Assembly (NCBI RefSeq): GCF_006345805.1
Contig: NC_043003.1
Location: forward strand, 30,380,001 to 30,444,000
Direction: 5' to 3'
DNA: 64,000 bases
From: Octopus sinensis
Lineage: Eukaryota
Made by a program: the position numbers and the translations under genes. This document shows, in pieces, positions 24,357 through 37,252 of the stretch; position 1 is the stretch's first letter; every line of letters begins with the position of its first letter. Under the pieces are notes generated by a model. It made no database searches. It was given only the letters and a program-made list of their open reading frames with translations, and had not been told where the DNA came from.

Positions 24357-24436
24357 TTGTATATTTGTAGTGCAATATTCCTTTCAAGTAACAATATATA
24401 TATATATAATAAATGAATTTTTTAATGAATAATCAG

Positions 24437-24497
24437 GTGGTGCTCCAGCATGGCCACAGTCAAATGACTGAAACAAGTAAAAGAAAAGAAAGAATAT
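24437..24497 (+). mobile_element. tRNA-SINE family A 3' end in the ZNF2 3' flank
   Basis: ggtgctccagcatggccacagtcaaatgactgaaacaagtaaaagaaaag matches the 3' end of the copies at 44885-45243 and 62286-62630. Confidence 0.75.
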
Positions 24498-26459
24498 CAG
24501 TGTTATGAATTGTAGCATGCAAGTATCATCATCATTATTTTAATGTCCATTATTCAATGGTATGCATCTAGAGCAATTGATGTTTCGATCCTATTAACCC
24601 ACCAGAATGCCCCTACATCCTTTTCATTCCATTTTAATTTTACCTACTTCCAAGGTGGCTATGAGATATTGTGGCATTTTAATTAGCACTCTGGTTATTG
24701 CTTTGTCTTTAGACTAAATCATTCCAGGTTTTGAATTTTTTTTTAGCATTCTTGACACATTTTGTTATTGCTGCTTCCAAAAGCAACTGTTTGGAATTCT
24801 TGTATTATAGAATCAAGAACTATGATGAGCAGAAGGGAAATAAGGAAAGAAATGCTGTGGGCATCTAACTACATGAATAATTTACTGCTAATCCTAACTT
24901 TGCCTTAAAGCATCTTCATACTTGGGTTGAATGGCTTTTGAAGGTCACTCATCTACATCTTATTTTTGCAGTACACACCAAACTATATTGTGTGTGATTC
25001 TATCAAAAAGTATTCTGATTGATAAATGCTTGATGGTTTATGCTTAACTAATACCTCTTGTCATTGTCTTGCAGTAGTATAGTATTTATGGTTCTACATC
25101 TAGACACAAATACAAACTAAATCCAAACTTTCTCCTGTACTGACTTACTAAAAAATTTTGTCAGCTGTTTTCTAGACTTTGTCGTCATACAGAGATATCT
25201 ACCATTGTTCAATCCCAGCACATCTTACTTCATCTTTGTTGCCATTAATGATAATACAGCTACACCAGTCTTCCTTCATCATTTAATTAATTAATTGTCT
25301 AGTGTAGTAGGTACATTTCTTAGTTATTATCTATGATGGGCCTGTCCACAATGTAAAAGGTATTATGCATTCAACACTAATTAATCTGATTTTGTCATTG
25401 GATTGTGTCAGTGTCAACAGTTTTGTTAGCTCCCGTATTTCAGCTGGCTAGAGCAATCATATATTTGTGAAATGTGTGTTTAGTTATCTGAAAGTATGTC
25501 CAATGAAAATTAAAATTTTTGAACATAAAATACTGTATTTAATCTTTATGGAGAATGGGGTCAGGTGCAAATCATAAAAGTATGTGATGTTCAACACTTA
25601 TTTTTTCTATTAACCTTTCTGTTGTAGCCTTAGCCTCTCTTCTACACTGATGAACTTTTAATGCAAGCTTTTAAAAGTAACATTTTAACTCTGACTGTAC
25701 AATTCCATTCACCCATGCTAATTTGTGTCTTTGTCCAAAAGTATTTCTATTGTCTGCCATGTTACTGGCAATGGATAGAAAATGAAATCTGACAATAAAA
25801 AGTTGAGCTCCTGACATGATATATATTGAGTGGACCAAGAGTCACAAATTCTGACTACATATTGCAATCTGTGGACATATTTTTATATTTTGTGACTCTT
25901 GGCTCATTCTACATATGATTATGGAGTTCAGGTTATAACCATTATTTTCATTTTTAATCTTGATTTTTTTTCAGCCCTTCTTTACAATGTAGTTTCAAAA
26001 TTTATCAGTTGTTTTTGTGCTGCTAAGGGCTTATCACTTAAAATTGCAGCATTATCACTGGAGGCTAATTCAAGTAGTTTTTCAACAGTAAATCTGGGTA
26101 GTCTTCTCTTGATTGTATCTATATTCTTGCAGAAATATACAGATTACATAATCCATAATAATTATGAAGATGTATAACGCAAGCTTGTCTTCCCCAAAGT
26201 TGTCTCATTACAGTTACCAGGAGGATTATGAACAAAAGCATAAATATCTGTGTACAAGAACATAATTGCATTAATAAATAAATTTGGCATTTTATTGAAA
26301 CTTGGTATATCTTCAACTTTTCCTCTGTTTATACAGTTCAACAATGTTAGAAGAGTCCTCAGAAGTTTTCACAAAACTGTTTTCTTAACTGCTTGGCTGT
26401 CGTGCATATTCTTGATGGTAGTATTTGTTTAGTAGCATTTCTCTTCAGACTTATCATCA

Positions 26460-26855
26460 TTGTCGTTATTTTAATATCTACTTTACTGCACTTGCATGGC
26501 TTGGAAGGCAGTAATTGAAGCAGATTTTCTACAGCCAGATGCCTTTCCTATCACCAACTCTCATCTGTTTCTAAGCAAGGTAATATTTACTTGTGGCCAG
26601 ACATATTTTCACAAAATATCGGAATTGAATGACACTGGTTGTGTGACAGCAACATTTACAACTATTACATTAGGTCAGCATGAGACACAAACACACACAC
26701 ACTTGCACATGTGATTGCTTTATTTTATCCATCTACCAAATCCATTCACAAGGCTTTGGTCAGCCCAGGACTATTGTAGAAGACACCTACCCAAAGATTG
26801 ATGAAGTGGAAATGAACACAAAATCATGTGGTTCAGAAGTAAACTTCTTAACTAC
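26460..26855 (-). mobile_element. Composite SINE (family A tRNA head plus family B-like tail; family D)
   Basis: The head (ccaaatccattcacaaggctttggtcagccc...gaagacac) is the reverse complement of the family A head. Relatives at 40395-40745 (-), 43665-43900 (-), 50490-50765 (+) and 61275-61505 (+). Confidence 0.65.
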
Positions 26856-27415
26856 ACAGCACCTGTAAACTTAAAATTATTTTCTTTATTCTTCTTAGTC
26901 TTGTGAATAGCACTCAATTAAAGGGTAATACAGCAGTACATGTGCGATAAGTTGGCTTGTCATCTACAATGACTATGGAACTCATAATTGGTACAAGTAG
27001 CACAGGGAAATAAGTTGCAGCTCATCTGATAGAACTTTGACTGATCTAGTAGCTTTTCATCAAATAGTTGCATTTGCTGCTGTTTTGATTTCTCTTTATC
27101 AACAGATTCAGTGCATATTTAAGGTTCATTAGTTAAATCATAAATTGATTCCAAGTCACTGGTAGATTTTTCTGCCAAATCTTAATTCACCATTGATTTT
27201 CCTGTTTTATGGTGATGTATGGTTTCACTGGGTAATTTGTCCAATGTTTGTTTCTTTTCTTTGTCATTCATAAGGTTGTTTGGAGGTCATGTTCTAACTC
27301 AATACATTGAGCAGAAGAGAACAGTTCTGATCTGTGTTAAATGTTTTTTGATGAAATTATTTCAAGATTGCAAATCATAATCCTGGCAGTTTATATATAT
27401 ATATACATATATATA

Positions 27416-28322
27416 CAGGATGTTGGACAAAATAATTAAAATTACTTTGTTAAATGGAAGTTTTATTATTTAATATGGAGTTGTTCCTCCCTGATGTATT
27501 ATTCAAGGAATTGACTCATGTAGGTCATACAGGTTCTGAATAGTTGGGAGAATTTTGAGCCATTCTTGTAAAACCTGCTTTAACTCTTTCAGTGATGAAG
27601 GAAGAGGTTCCTCACCTGCTACTACAAAATGCACAATAAATGTTTGATTACATTGAGATCCAGTGATTATTGCAAAGGCCATTCCAAGTGGCCTGCTTCA
27701 CTTTTGTGCTCTTTGTACCAATTTCGAATAACATTAACCATATGAATCTGCACATTATTGTCTTGCAAGATTACTCTACCACCAGGAAACAATGTTTGTA
27801 CCATGGGATGGATATGATTGACCAAAATATGCAGATAATTATTTTATGTTAACTCTGCCATGTAGAACAGTTGATGGGCCAAGAGATTTCTATGACATGA
27901 CTGCTGAAATCATCACAGATCTACCTCCATGCTTCATAGTTGTGTTGAAGGCTTCTTTGGGCTATCTCTCTATATAAATTCACCCTGAAGTAGGGAAATA
28001 GTAAATGAAGATTCATCAGAGACAACATTGACTACTACTTGGACACTATATTTTCTGCATATTGTTGTTGATGGGGAAGAGGAGAGGTATAGCAATTCAG
28101 CAGTTTTAGTGATTGATACTTTTTCTGTCTGCACTCCAACAATTTGTTCTTTTTGGAAATCAGTTAGTCATGCATTTTAACTTTAAGTATAAATATCTGC
28201 AAAGAAAAACGGGGCTATAATCATGAAGTACAAATACACATATACCAACTAGAATAACTTTGAATTTGTCATGTTGCCAATAAAAAAATAAATGTGGTTT
28301 CTTTTACTTTGTCCAACCCCTG
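27416..28322 (-). mobile_element. Tc1-like (DD34E) internally deleted DNA transposon
   Basis: TIRs ta|CAGGATGTTGGACAAAATAA and TTACTTTGTCCAACCCCTG|ta; minus-strand SDESSF, HIHPMVQTLFPGGRVILQDNN, HLEWPLQ*SLDLNVIKHL. Confidence 0.8.
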
Positions 28323-28649
28323 TATGTGTGTGTGTATATATCTATATACCCAGTACACTCTATATAGTGGTTGGTATTAGGAAGGGTTTTCACTATAGAA
28401 ACCAGACACTGTAGCAAGACAGTTTTTCTGACCTGTTTGATCCTGACAAACTGTCAACCTGTACCAGCATGGAAGATGGACCCTAAAAGATGATTGTATA
28501 GACTGAACTATGAAAAAAACACAAGGTGTGTGTGACTGTGAAATATGTTTTAATTTCATTATGTCATAGATAAATTTTGATAAATCTGATAAAGTAAATT
28601 TCTTGGATGCACTTTGACCACAGTCTGTGGGTTGTTCTGTGTCCTGGTA

Positions 28650-29220
28650 GTGAGCAAATCCAGCACATTGAGATTGCAGGGCATGACATGTTCAATATTA
28701 TACATGCCCTCTCTATGTGTTCAAAACGGCCATGCACCATCAGCTCATGGAGTGCATGAGGCAGTTCACAAAAGCCATTAGCACCTGTGCCCACACTCTG
28801 AGGAAAGCTGCCTCCATTTCCACATGAGTTGTTGGCCTTGGGACCACCTGGTTCAGCCATCTCTGGATTTCATGCCACAGGTGTCCAATTGGATTTAAAT
28901 CCAGGCTGAGAGCATGGTTCTGATGTTGTACTGATGCAGGAAGTACCTGGTGATCCTGGCCATGTGTGGAGAGATCATTGTCCTACTGGAACATGTGGCG
29001 GTGGTAACACGAAGAAGGGCACAATGTGAGGTCTTAGGATCTGGTCAACATAGCACTGCACTGTGATGCAATTCCCTCTGCCTTCACCAACATTTTGGAA
29101 CACATGGGGCCCAATTGTTTGATTGAGGCCTATAGCACCTTTAACCACGATGCTTTGGCCACCCCACATGTCTCAGTGCCCAATTGACCGACGCTCAGTC
29201 TGCCCCTGCTCTCCAGTGTT
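28650..29220 (-). mobile_element. Tc1-like transposase C-terminal fragment
   Basis: WGGQSIVVKGAIG...YVDQILRPHIVPFF, Q*DN, SLDLNPIGHLWHEIQ...EMEAAFLRVWAQV, with frameshifts. Confidence 0.7.
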
Positions 29221-30174
29221 TAAACAATTTCTTCATTATCCCACTAACTTAAATCTCAATCACTTTACGTTTATGCTATGTGTCTTTTCGTAAACCTAAT
29301 TTATATATCTTATAATATTGCAAATCACAAGTTTTCCAAAAATATTATTTGATGGAATGACTTATTAGCATCATCATCATTACCATTTAACGTCCATGTT
29401 CTCTGCTAGAATGAGTTGAGCTGTTTGACAAGATCTGATGAGCCCAAGGACTACATCATGTCCCATTGTCTGTTTCTACAACTCGATGCCCTTTCTAATA
29501 CCAACAACCACTTTACGGTGTGTACATGGTGCTTTTTTCATGCCATCAGCACAAGTGAGGTCACCATGCAGCTTGCAAGACTATGAAACTTATGCTAAGG
29601 GAATAAGGAGAAGGGTAAGTATGAGAGAAAGTGGCAAGAGCAAAGCAAGTTCTTTACTGAAGAGTAGCTACATGACTACTCATCTTTTAGAGAGAAAAGG
29701 GTGAAGCTTGAAATTTGTGATAAGGTATCAGAGTGGATCTTCAAAGTACAAAGTGGGTAGGAATGAGTAGGATAGGAGTGCAAGCAGTGATAGGAAGAGT
29801 AGGGGATGTCCAGTGAGTGGGAGTAGAATAAAAATGATGATACAGTAAACAGGGAGATGAAATAAAGCTGACATGCTGTTAGGTAGGTTGCAGGGGTGAA
29901 TGGGAACAATTCAGAGGCAGGCGCACTGTATGAGGAAAGTGGGAATGAGGGGAAATAATATGGTAGCACAGTGCAGGGGAGAGTGGTGTGTGAAAGTATA
30001 GGTGGAGATCAGAATGGATGAACAAGGGATAACAAGTGGAGTGATTTGGGGTAGTAAGAAAAGTGGTATCAAGGAAGAACTGCAGGTAAGGGAGGTGATG
30101 GGTGTCTTAAGAAGGAAGAGAATTGGGTAGAAGGCTCAATTGTGCATATATATGTGTATATGTATGTATGTATA

Positions 30175-32495
30175 CTGGGTGTTTCAAAAAGTTTGATATC
30201 ATTTTGCAATCTAATAACTTTGTCAGTTCTTGTTCAAATGACTTCAAATTTTGACAACAAATGTAGAAGATGGTCAAACTTTTATGCTTAATGTTTGATA
30301 TGTTTATCTTTTCAGGTATAGAAATGGCATTCACTGGAAGAGAAAAGCGTTTTGTGTGTTAGAGTATGCTCAAACACAGTCGAAGGAGATTGTGCTGTGT
30401 GCATTTGTGAGAGAGTTCTCTAAAAAGTCACCAACAGCAATGCAGATTTGGACATGGCACAAAAAATTCAAAGAGGCCAACAGGATCTAGCTGACCACTA
30501 ACATCAGAAGAGATGGTCGAACAGGTTCGCCATAAACTCTTGTGTAGCCCCCAAGAAGTCCAAAAGAAGAACAAGTCCGGAAACCCAGATTCCTCCAATG
30601 ACAGTTTGGCACATCTTGAAGAAATGCTTGCTAATGAAACCCTACAAGCTGCAGCTCATTCAGGCCATAATGGCAGATGGCAAGTGAAAGTGCAAACAAT
30701 CCTGTTTTGATATGCAAGAAACACTTGAAGCCAAGTTCAAGGAACATTTTGTTTTCAGTGATGTGTCACATTTCATATGAATGGCAAAGTCAATAAGCAT
30801 AATGTTCGCATTTGGGGTGAAGAAAATTCCCATGACAGTTGAGCACGAGAGGGACTAGTAGCACCCTCTCAGTTAATTAAATAATAAAATTTAAAAAAGG
30901 GATGTAGCTTGAGTGACCTTCCATTGAATGTTCTGGAACATTCCATGACTTTCCAGATGACATGGAAGTGAAGGACTTCTGCTCCACATATAAAACGAAA
31001 AAACGAAAGTTAATCTTGCCTTTTTGCATTTGAGCTTTGGATGAGAACCATTGAGCGTATGTAGGTTGTTCTTACAACTGTCTTGCGGTTATAAGATATA
31101 TTGTTTTTATTCCAAGTTATTCTTATATACTATGTTGCATACACAACATTGAGAAACTGTTATTTGTAAAGTTGCAAGCACACACCACAATGAATAAAAC
31201 CATTATTGTTCCTGTTTAAGGATTTTCTTCGAGTTGTTTTGTTTTGTTGAATGTCGAGGAGTTTTCACTTAGAAGATGAATATGTAATAGTGATCCTGCC
31301 AAACTTTCCTTCAAAGCTAAATTAATGGTTGGCATGCCAGAGGTGTCTACTGGAGTTGACAACCCAATATCTAATTCACTAAAACTCACCAAAAGTGAAA
31401 GTGAAGCAGCTTCATGGTCCGTTTTTCTTTGAGGGAAATGTTATCTGCAAATGCTTCAGAACTGACTAATAGATGAGGTCATTGCAAACGAACATGAAGA
31501 CTTTATTTTTCAACAGGATGGGGTTCCACCTTACTGTGCAGGCTTATCTCAGTGACAATCTGCAAGGGAGATGGATCGGGCATGCTGGTGATGAAGATAA
31601 TGTGCTGTTGAAATGGCTGCCACGTTCACCTGATCTGACACCTTGTGATTTTTTTCTCTGGGGCTATGTGAAGGGCCTTGTCTATGACCTCCCTCTTCTT
31701 GCAAACCTAGAGGAACTCGAGCAGAGAATCACTACTGCACTGGAGACTGTTACCCAAGACATGCAGCAGCATGTTTGGGAGGAGCTGGACTACCAATTTG
31801 ACATGTACCGTGTCTCAGGTAGTGCACATATTGAACATTTATGAAATCGTTGATGGAATCCACATACCTTTGAATTTCTCATCCAAATTTGGATGTATAA
31901 AACTATAGTGGATGTCAGTATGTAACATCCTATAATTTTTATAATTGCATCCGAGAAAGAGGGGTCACTATCTTGTATGTAAACGACAAGAAAATAAGAC
32001 ATTCATAATAAGTCATGACATATTTCTTACTGGATGTAATGCGTTAACATATAGGTTAATTGAAGAAAAAGCTTGGAATGTCACATGAACATATTTTGTA
32101 ACCACATGTCTCAAAGCAAATAGGGCAAACATCCGCGTATACGGGTGTGTATGGGAGTGGTGTGACTTAATGCATGTCTAGGAACCGACAGGCAAGAGCG
32201 GCACAAAATTAGAAATGTGTTCCTCTATATAAGGGATGAACCGGAAATCCCTAACTTCCACGTCATCCAGCAGTTAATTGGAAACTTCTAGAATGTACGA
32301 GAATTTTCGAGAAGGTCGAGGGAAATTACTCTCTTTAGATCCCCTTTTCACTTTGCTTTCCTGCTTGACTGCCATGGATCACTATGAATCTTATGTTGCT
32401 CAACATTAAGCCTGTTTAGTTTCATTTGCTTTGACTATGTAGTTTCTGTGATATTTACATATCAAATGATATCAAATTTTTTGAAACACACTGTG
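30175..32495 (+). mobile_element. Tc1/mariner (maT/DD37D-like motifs) element carrying two secondary insertions
   Basis: TIRs gtgtttcaaaaagtttgatatcattt (about 30178) and aaatgatatcaaattttttgaaacac (about 32464-32489); transposase pieces MAFTG..FCVLEYA..QIWTWHKKFKE, FSD, QDG, WLPRSPDLTPCDFFLWGYVK...AHIEHL*. Confidence 0.85.
30857..31386. mobile_element. Unclassified ~530-bp insertion in the mariner transposase
   Basis: Splits the coding sequence gac tca cca aaa gtg (DSPKV) with ACT duplicated at both ends. Its gatgacatggaagtgaaggact core recurs in inverted form at about 32230-32330. Confidence 0.55.
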
Positions 32496-32639
32496 TATAC
32501 GCGCGCGTGCACACACACACGCGCACGCACCCAGTTCTACCGGAACTCAGTTACACTGAAGTGGACAGATTTTCTTGAGAATGCTATATCACCAACTATC
32601 TTGGTCTTTTGTGATTTCCGCGAAGTTCTAGATCCTGAG

Positions 32640-33370
32640 ATCAGTTTTCATCACCTTGTCCTTTATCTTCCTGGTTTCTCTCTCTCTCTCTCTCTCTTCT
32701 GCAAGCTCCATTGAGTTTTAATGACTGGCACTTCTTTATAAAGGTGTCCTCATCCATATGCATCATATATTCATGCCTGAGCAGTCTTCTTCCTTGAACA
32801 TTACATCTAATTCCTCTTTTGACCAGGTTTTCTGTCAGCACGTATATACTGTATAGTTTATTCACCTTTGCACATCCAACAGATTATGCTTACTTCGTTT
32901 CTCTCCCGTCTTCACAAGTTCTCTGTATTCAAGGCCCATAACTCAGTACCATTCATCATTGAAACTCTAATGCATACATCATACCATTTGCCCTTCATGC
33001 TAAGGGAAAAGATCTTTGTTGCCAGCCGTGGTTGTAGCTCCGCGAACTTTCTCCAACCCATTCTTACTCTGATTTCTATGCTTTCCGAGCAACCAACTCA
33101 CTAATTACACTACTGAGGCAACAAAAGCTATCAACTACTTCTAGTGATCCATCCAGGCATTTAAGAGAAACTATTTTCACTGTACTCTTATGTACTGCTC
33201 CACTGCATATATCACATACCAAGCTTACATTCTCAGACAGCCTGACTTTGCTTCTACTCCTATCTTGTGTCCAATTCCCTAAAAGTATCTGAATCCTATC
33301 TTGGAGCATTATCTGCAAATTTGTAAAGGACAAACTGTGATTGCATATGCACTGAATGGTCTTCATTCAC
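32640..33370 (-). mobile_element. RTE-clade LINE 3' fragment (decayed)
   Basis: Minus strand: CDICSG, LEVVDSFC, GCSESIEIRVRMGWRKFAELQPRLATK, YDVCIRVSMMNGTELW, GIRCNVQGRRL..MHMDEDTFIKKCQSL. Confidence 0.85.
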
Positions 33371-33799
33371 TGGGGGTTTAGTATTTAACTGCAGCAAAAA
33401 ATTTCCATGATAGTAACTGAGTCAATCTTCTCTTCAGGATAGTCCTTTTCTTGTTGCTTTCAGTATTTGAGCTTCAATAAATAATAACCTAATAATGGCT
33501 TGTTGTCAACCTTATTATTTATTTAGCTTAAAAACTATACTGTCTTTTTTCTAACTAAAACCTTTGTCATTGCTGGGTTTACCGTAAGTCCTCTCAGTAC
33601 TAAGTTTAATGCCCATACCTGGAATTTCTTCTTCCTTAGAGTGTCAGCTATGAGAACAAGATCACTTGCCCAAATTGAAAATAAAGGATAAAACCAAAAG
33701 AACTGTCAGCGTGAAAATAATACAGGAAGTATATAACAGTAATGTCATTGAACATTTATGTCAGCTGGATTTGGCTGATAAATTAGACAATGGGGTTCT

Positions 33800-34140
33800 T
33801 TTCTACTCTAGGCAGAAGGCCCAACATTTTTGGGAGAGGGACCCAGTCGATTAGATCGACCCCAGGGCACAACTGGTACTTAATTTATCGACCCCGAAAG
33901 GATGAAAGGCAAAGTTCATCTCGGTGGAATTTGAACTCAAAATACCTATTTCTTTACTACCCACAAGGGACTAAATACAGAGAGGACAAACGGATTAAGT
34001 CGATTATATCAACCCCCAGTGCGTACTTATTTATTCGACCCCGAAAGGATGAAAGGCAAAGTTGCTCTCGGCGGAATTTGAACTCAGAACGTAGTGGCAG
34101 ACGAAATACTGCAAAGCATTTCGCCTGGCGTGCTAACTTT
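33800..34140 (-). mobile_element. Two tandem copies of tRNA-derived SINE family C
   Basis: Both carry a B-box-like GAGTTCAAATTCC followed by ctttgcctttcatcctttcggggtcga on the minus strand; further copies at 44600-44760 (-) and 54586-54712 (+). Confidence 0.75.
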
Positions 34141-34149
34141 TATAATCTG

Positions 34150-36230
34150 AATTAGAATTTTTGGTTAATGTTGACATTATTACCTGGAAACAAAATCGAA
34201 AAAGAAAAAAAAAATGGTTTAGGAAACGAATATGAAAACAAAAAAAAGTCCGGTAGCGAGAGGCCTTCGGAAAATTCACAAAATCCGATGTTTTTCCTCA
34301 TAACTTTTAGGAAAATGTTTGTTTTTTTTATGAAATTTTATATAAATACCTTTCAAATGGTATAGATTATGATTATAAAGAAATTTGAGGGGAAAGGGAG
34401 AGGACTTCGAAAAATTCACAAGATCCGATGTTTTTTCCCTCGTAACTTTGAGGAAAATGGATATCTTTCTACTTCACACCCACGTAGGAAACGAATCTGA
34501 AAACAAAAATGCACGGAAAGTCATGGGGTGGGTAGAGAGAACTTTGGAAAATTCAGAAGACATTCACTAGATCTGAGTTTTTCCCTCGTAACTTTGAGGA
34601 AAATATAATCCTTTTGAAATCACAAATTAGGCTTTTCTTCAGGACCTTGGATGCTAAAAATCCTATTGAAGGGTGCGGGTCCTTACTTCTACTAAATAAA
34701 TATGTGTGTATATATATATATATACACGAGGGGCGTTCAATAAGTAATGCCCCTGACCCACTTCCCATAGCAGTAGAGCAACGAAACTTGGCACAGTTAT
34801 TAGTCTTTTTCTACATAGGAATCACCTATGATGCGGCTCTGGAGACCGTTTTTGTAAAAGAACCCAGCTTGGTCCTCCAACCTCAACGTGACTTCAGAAA
34901 TCAAGGCTGCATCATCTGGGAAACGCTTTCCTTTCAAAAACAACTTCATGATTGGGAAGAGGTGAAAATCAGAGGGTACAAGGTCAGGAAAGTAGGGGAG
35001 ATGGGGAGGAGTTCATAGCCATACGCCTGTGCTCCTGATCTGGCGACAAGCGAGTTGTGGACCGGAGCGTTGTCCTGCAGGAGGAGGATGCCTTTGCTGA
35101 TCTTGCCCCGCCTCTTGATTTTGATAACTTCTCTTAATTTCCTCAAAAGTGAAGCATAATAGGCTCCTGCAATTGTGGTACCCTTTGCCAGGAAATCTGT
35201 CATCACTACTCCGTCCTGGTCCCAGAAGACTGTGAGCATGACCTTGCCAGTGGAGGGCTGCACCCTTGCCTTCTTTGGAGGGGGTGAGTCACGGTGCTTC
35301 CACTGCATTGACTGGGCTTTGATCTCTGGATCATCGTGATGGACCCAGGTTTCATCCTGTGTAATCAGTCTTTTGAAAAATTTTGACTCATCTTCTTGGC
35401 ACATCTCCAAATTCACCCTCGAGCACTCGACGCGTTCTTGCTTCTGGAAAGGCGTGAGCAACCTGGGAATCCATCTGGCAGACACCTTTTGCATATGCAA
35501 ATGGTCATGAATAATAGTTTCCACAGACCCGGTACTAATCTTGACCTCATGGGCTATTTGGCGAATAATTATGCGTCGATCTTCCAAAATGGCAGCCTCA
35601 ACTTGACGGACAGATGCCTCATCAATGGCAGAAGGGGGCGACCAGATCTGGGAGCTGTTTCCACAGAGTTCTGACCATGTTTGAATTCACGATGCCAGCG
35701 TTTTACAAGGTCATATGATGGGGCATCATCACCATAAGTTACTTTCATTTCATCAAAAGTCTCCCGTGGTGTGCGTCTTTTCAAATACAAAAACCGGATC
35801 ACTGCTCGACACTCAACAGGCTCCATTTCACACTTGACTCGGTTCAAACACCTGTAAATCAGAAACCACAATTAATTCAGAGCTGTAATTTGCCACTTAC
35901 TCTATAGAGATATAAAGGATTGCACATGCAAAATTTCAGCTAGATCAAACAACTGCAAGTGGGTCAGAGGCATTACTTATTGAACGTCCCTCGTATATAT
36001 ATATATATGTACACACACATACACACATCTAATTTTCCGAAGTCCTCTCCCTACCCCCCGTTGCTTTCCAGACAAGGCCTCTCCCCACTCCCCGCTGCTT
36101 TCCGGGCATTTTTGTTTTCATATTCGTTTCCTACACCCTTTTTTTTCCTTTTAACAGCCATTGCACTATTTTTTTTTTTCCATCTAGTTTCCGGGTAACG
36201 TCAACATGAACCGAATTTTTTGTTAAACAA
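34150..36230. repeat. Long imperfect inverted repeat (foldback) with modular subrepeats, interrupted by the mariner at 34727-35993
   Basis: The left arm ttggttaatgttgacattattacctggaaac..aggaaacgaatatgaaaacaaaaa..gagaggccttcggaaaatt is mirrored at 36025-36225. The module gagaggacttcggaaaattcacaagatccga occurs three times at 34259-34610. Confidence 0.7.
34727..35993 (-). mobile_element. Near-full-length mariner (DD34D) transposon, 1267 bp; transposase about 35826-34800 with two frameshifts
   Basis: 37-bp TIRs CGAGGGGCGTTCAATAAGTAATGCCCCTGACCCACTT with 2 mismatches, inside (TA)n; MEPVECRAVIRFL, WIPRLL, QDETW, QDNAPVH, (H)LPYFPDLVPSDFHLF, YVEKD*. Confidence 0.93.
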
Positions 36231-37252
36231 AATAAACAACTTGATCATTTTATCTATTTATTATTTTCGCACATACGATGTTATTTAAATTGTTTATCAC
36301 TTTATAATGAAAAATGTTGGTTGTTTGATTTCTCCTGTCAAGCTTTACATTATATAAAGAAAGGTGGAGAGAGTAAAGAAGATATAGAGTTAACAGAACG
36401 GGTATAGAATGAGTGCATATACTCTACTTGGAGGCAAACAAAATAAAAAGGTATTATTGAGAAGCGGGAGTCGGATCTTTTCACTTTGACCGGTAGATTT
36501 TTAAAATAATTTCTTTGTAACTAAACACTTTTAAACTTCGTATACTGGTAGTGTGTTACATAAAACATATTTTTCTCTTGGCTTTCTTTAGAAAATTCTG
36601 TAGTTTGTAAGCTATTTGTTGTTAAATTTCTTGCATTTCGGAAATTTCAACCAATCAATGACGTCTATTGAGGTGAATACAATTTCTGCGGTTGTTTGTC
36701 AATGCGGTGTCATATCAGTTCGTCACTGTTATTTATGACATATTTCCTATCAGTTACGTTCGTATGAATAAAAGATTATCGTAATTAAACTTTTATTAAT
36801 AAACACATATTCTAAGTTCACAACATATGCAGTTTTAATTTCCCTCTCTGTTGCACAGATACACACGTTACATCTTATATAATCGTTTAAGAAACAGATT
36901 GGGTTTATTTACATTTCTGAAGAAGAAAGATACCCTTGCCCCCACCCCTAACCCTAAAAGAGATCGAAATGCAATAGATCGATACTAAGGTTTACATCGC
37001 CATATATTCATATAGGGAGGTTGTTTTCCAAAGTATAAAATCAACACGGATAGTTTTTTTTTTAATTTTTGTATATTATTTTTTCTAATTTTATTTAAAA
37101 GTAATATTTTTCTTTTCAAAATCAGTATTCACTTTCTCATGTTCCACAAGCACCAAAAAATGTTATAAAAGTTAAACTATAATTAAAGTCTGTAAGCCGT
37201 GTTTCTTGATAGCGCCCACGGTGTCAAAAGTATGATGTGTAACACTCTAAGG

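Noticed and set aside
24900-25450. Protein-like minus-strand reading (ELTKLLTLTQSNDKIRLISVECIIP...)
   Set aside because: Stop density is not clearly below expectation and no motif is recognisable.
29680-30120. Purine-rich (GA) tracts here and at 10340-10900 as G-quadruplex or triplex elements
   Set aside because: G runs are mostly short and irregular; more likely decayed repeat or low-complexity sequence.
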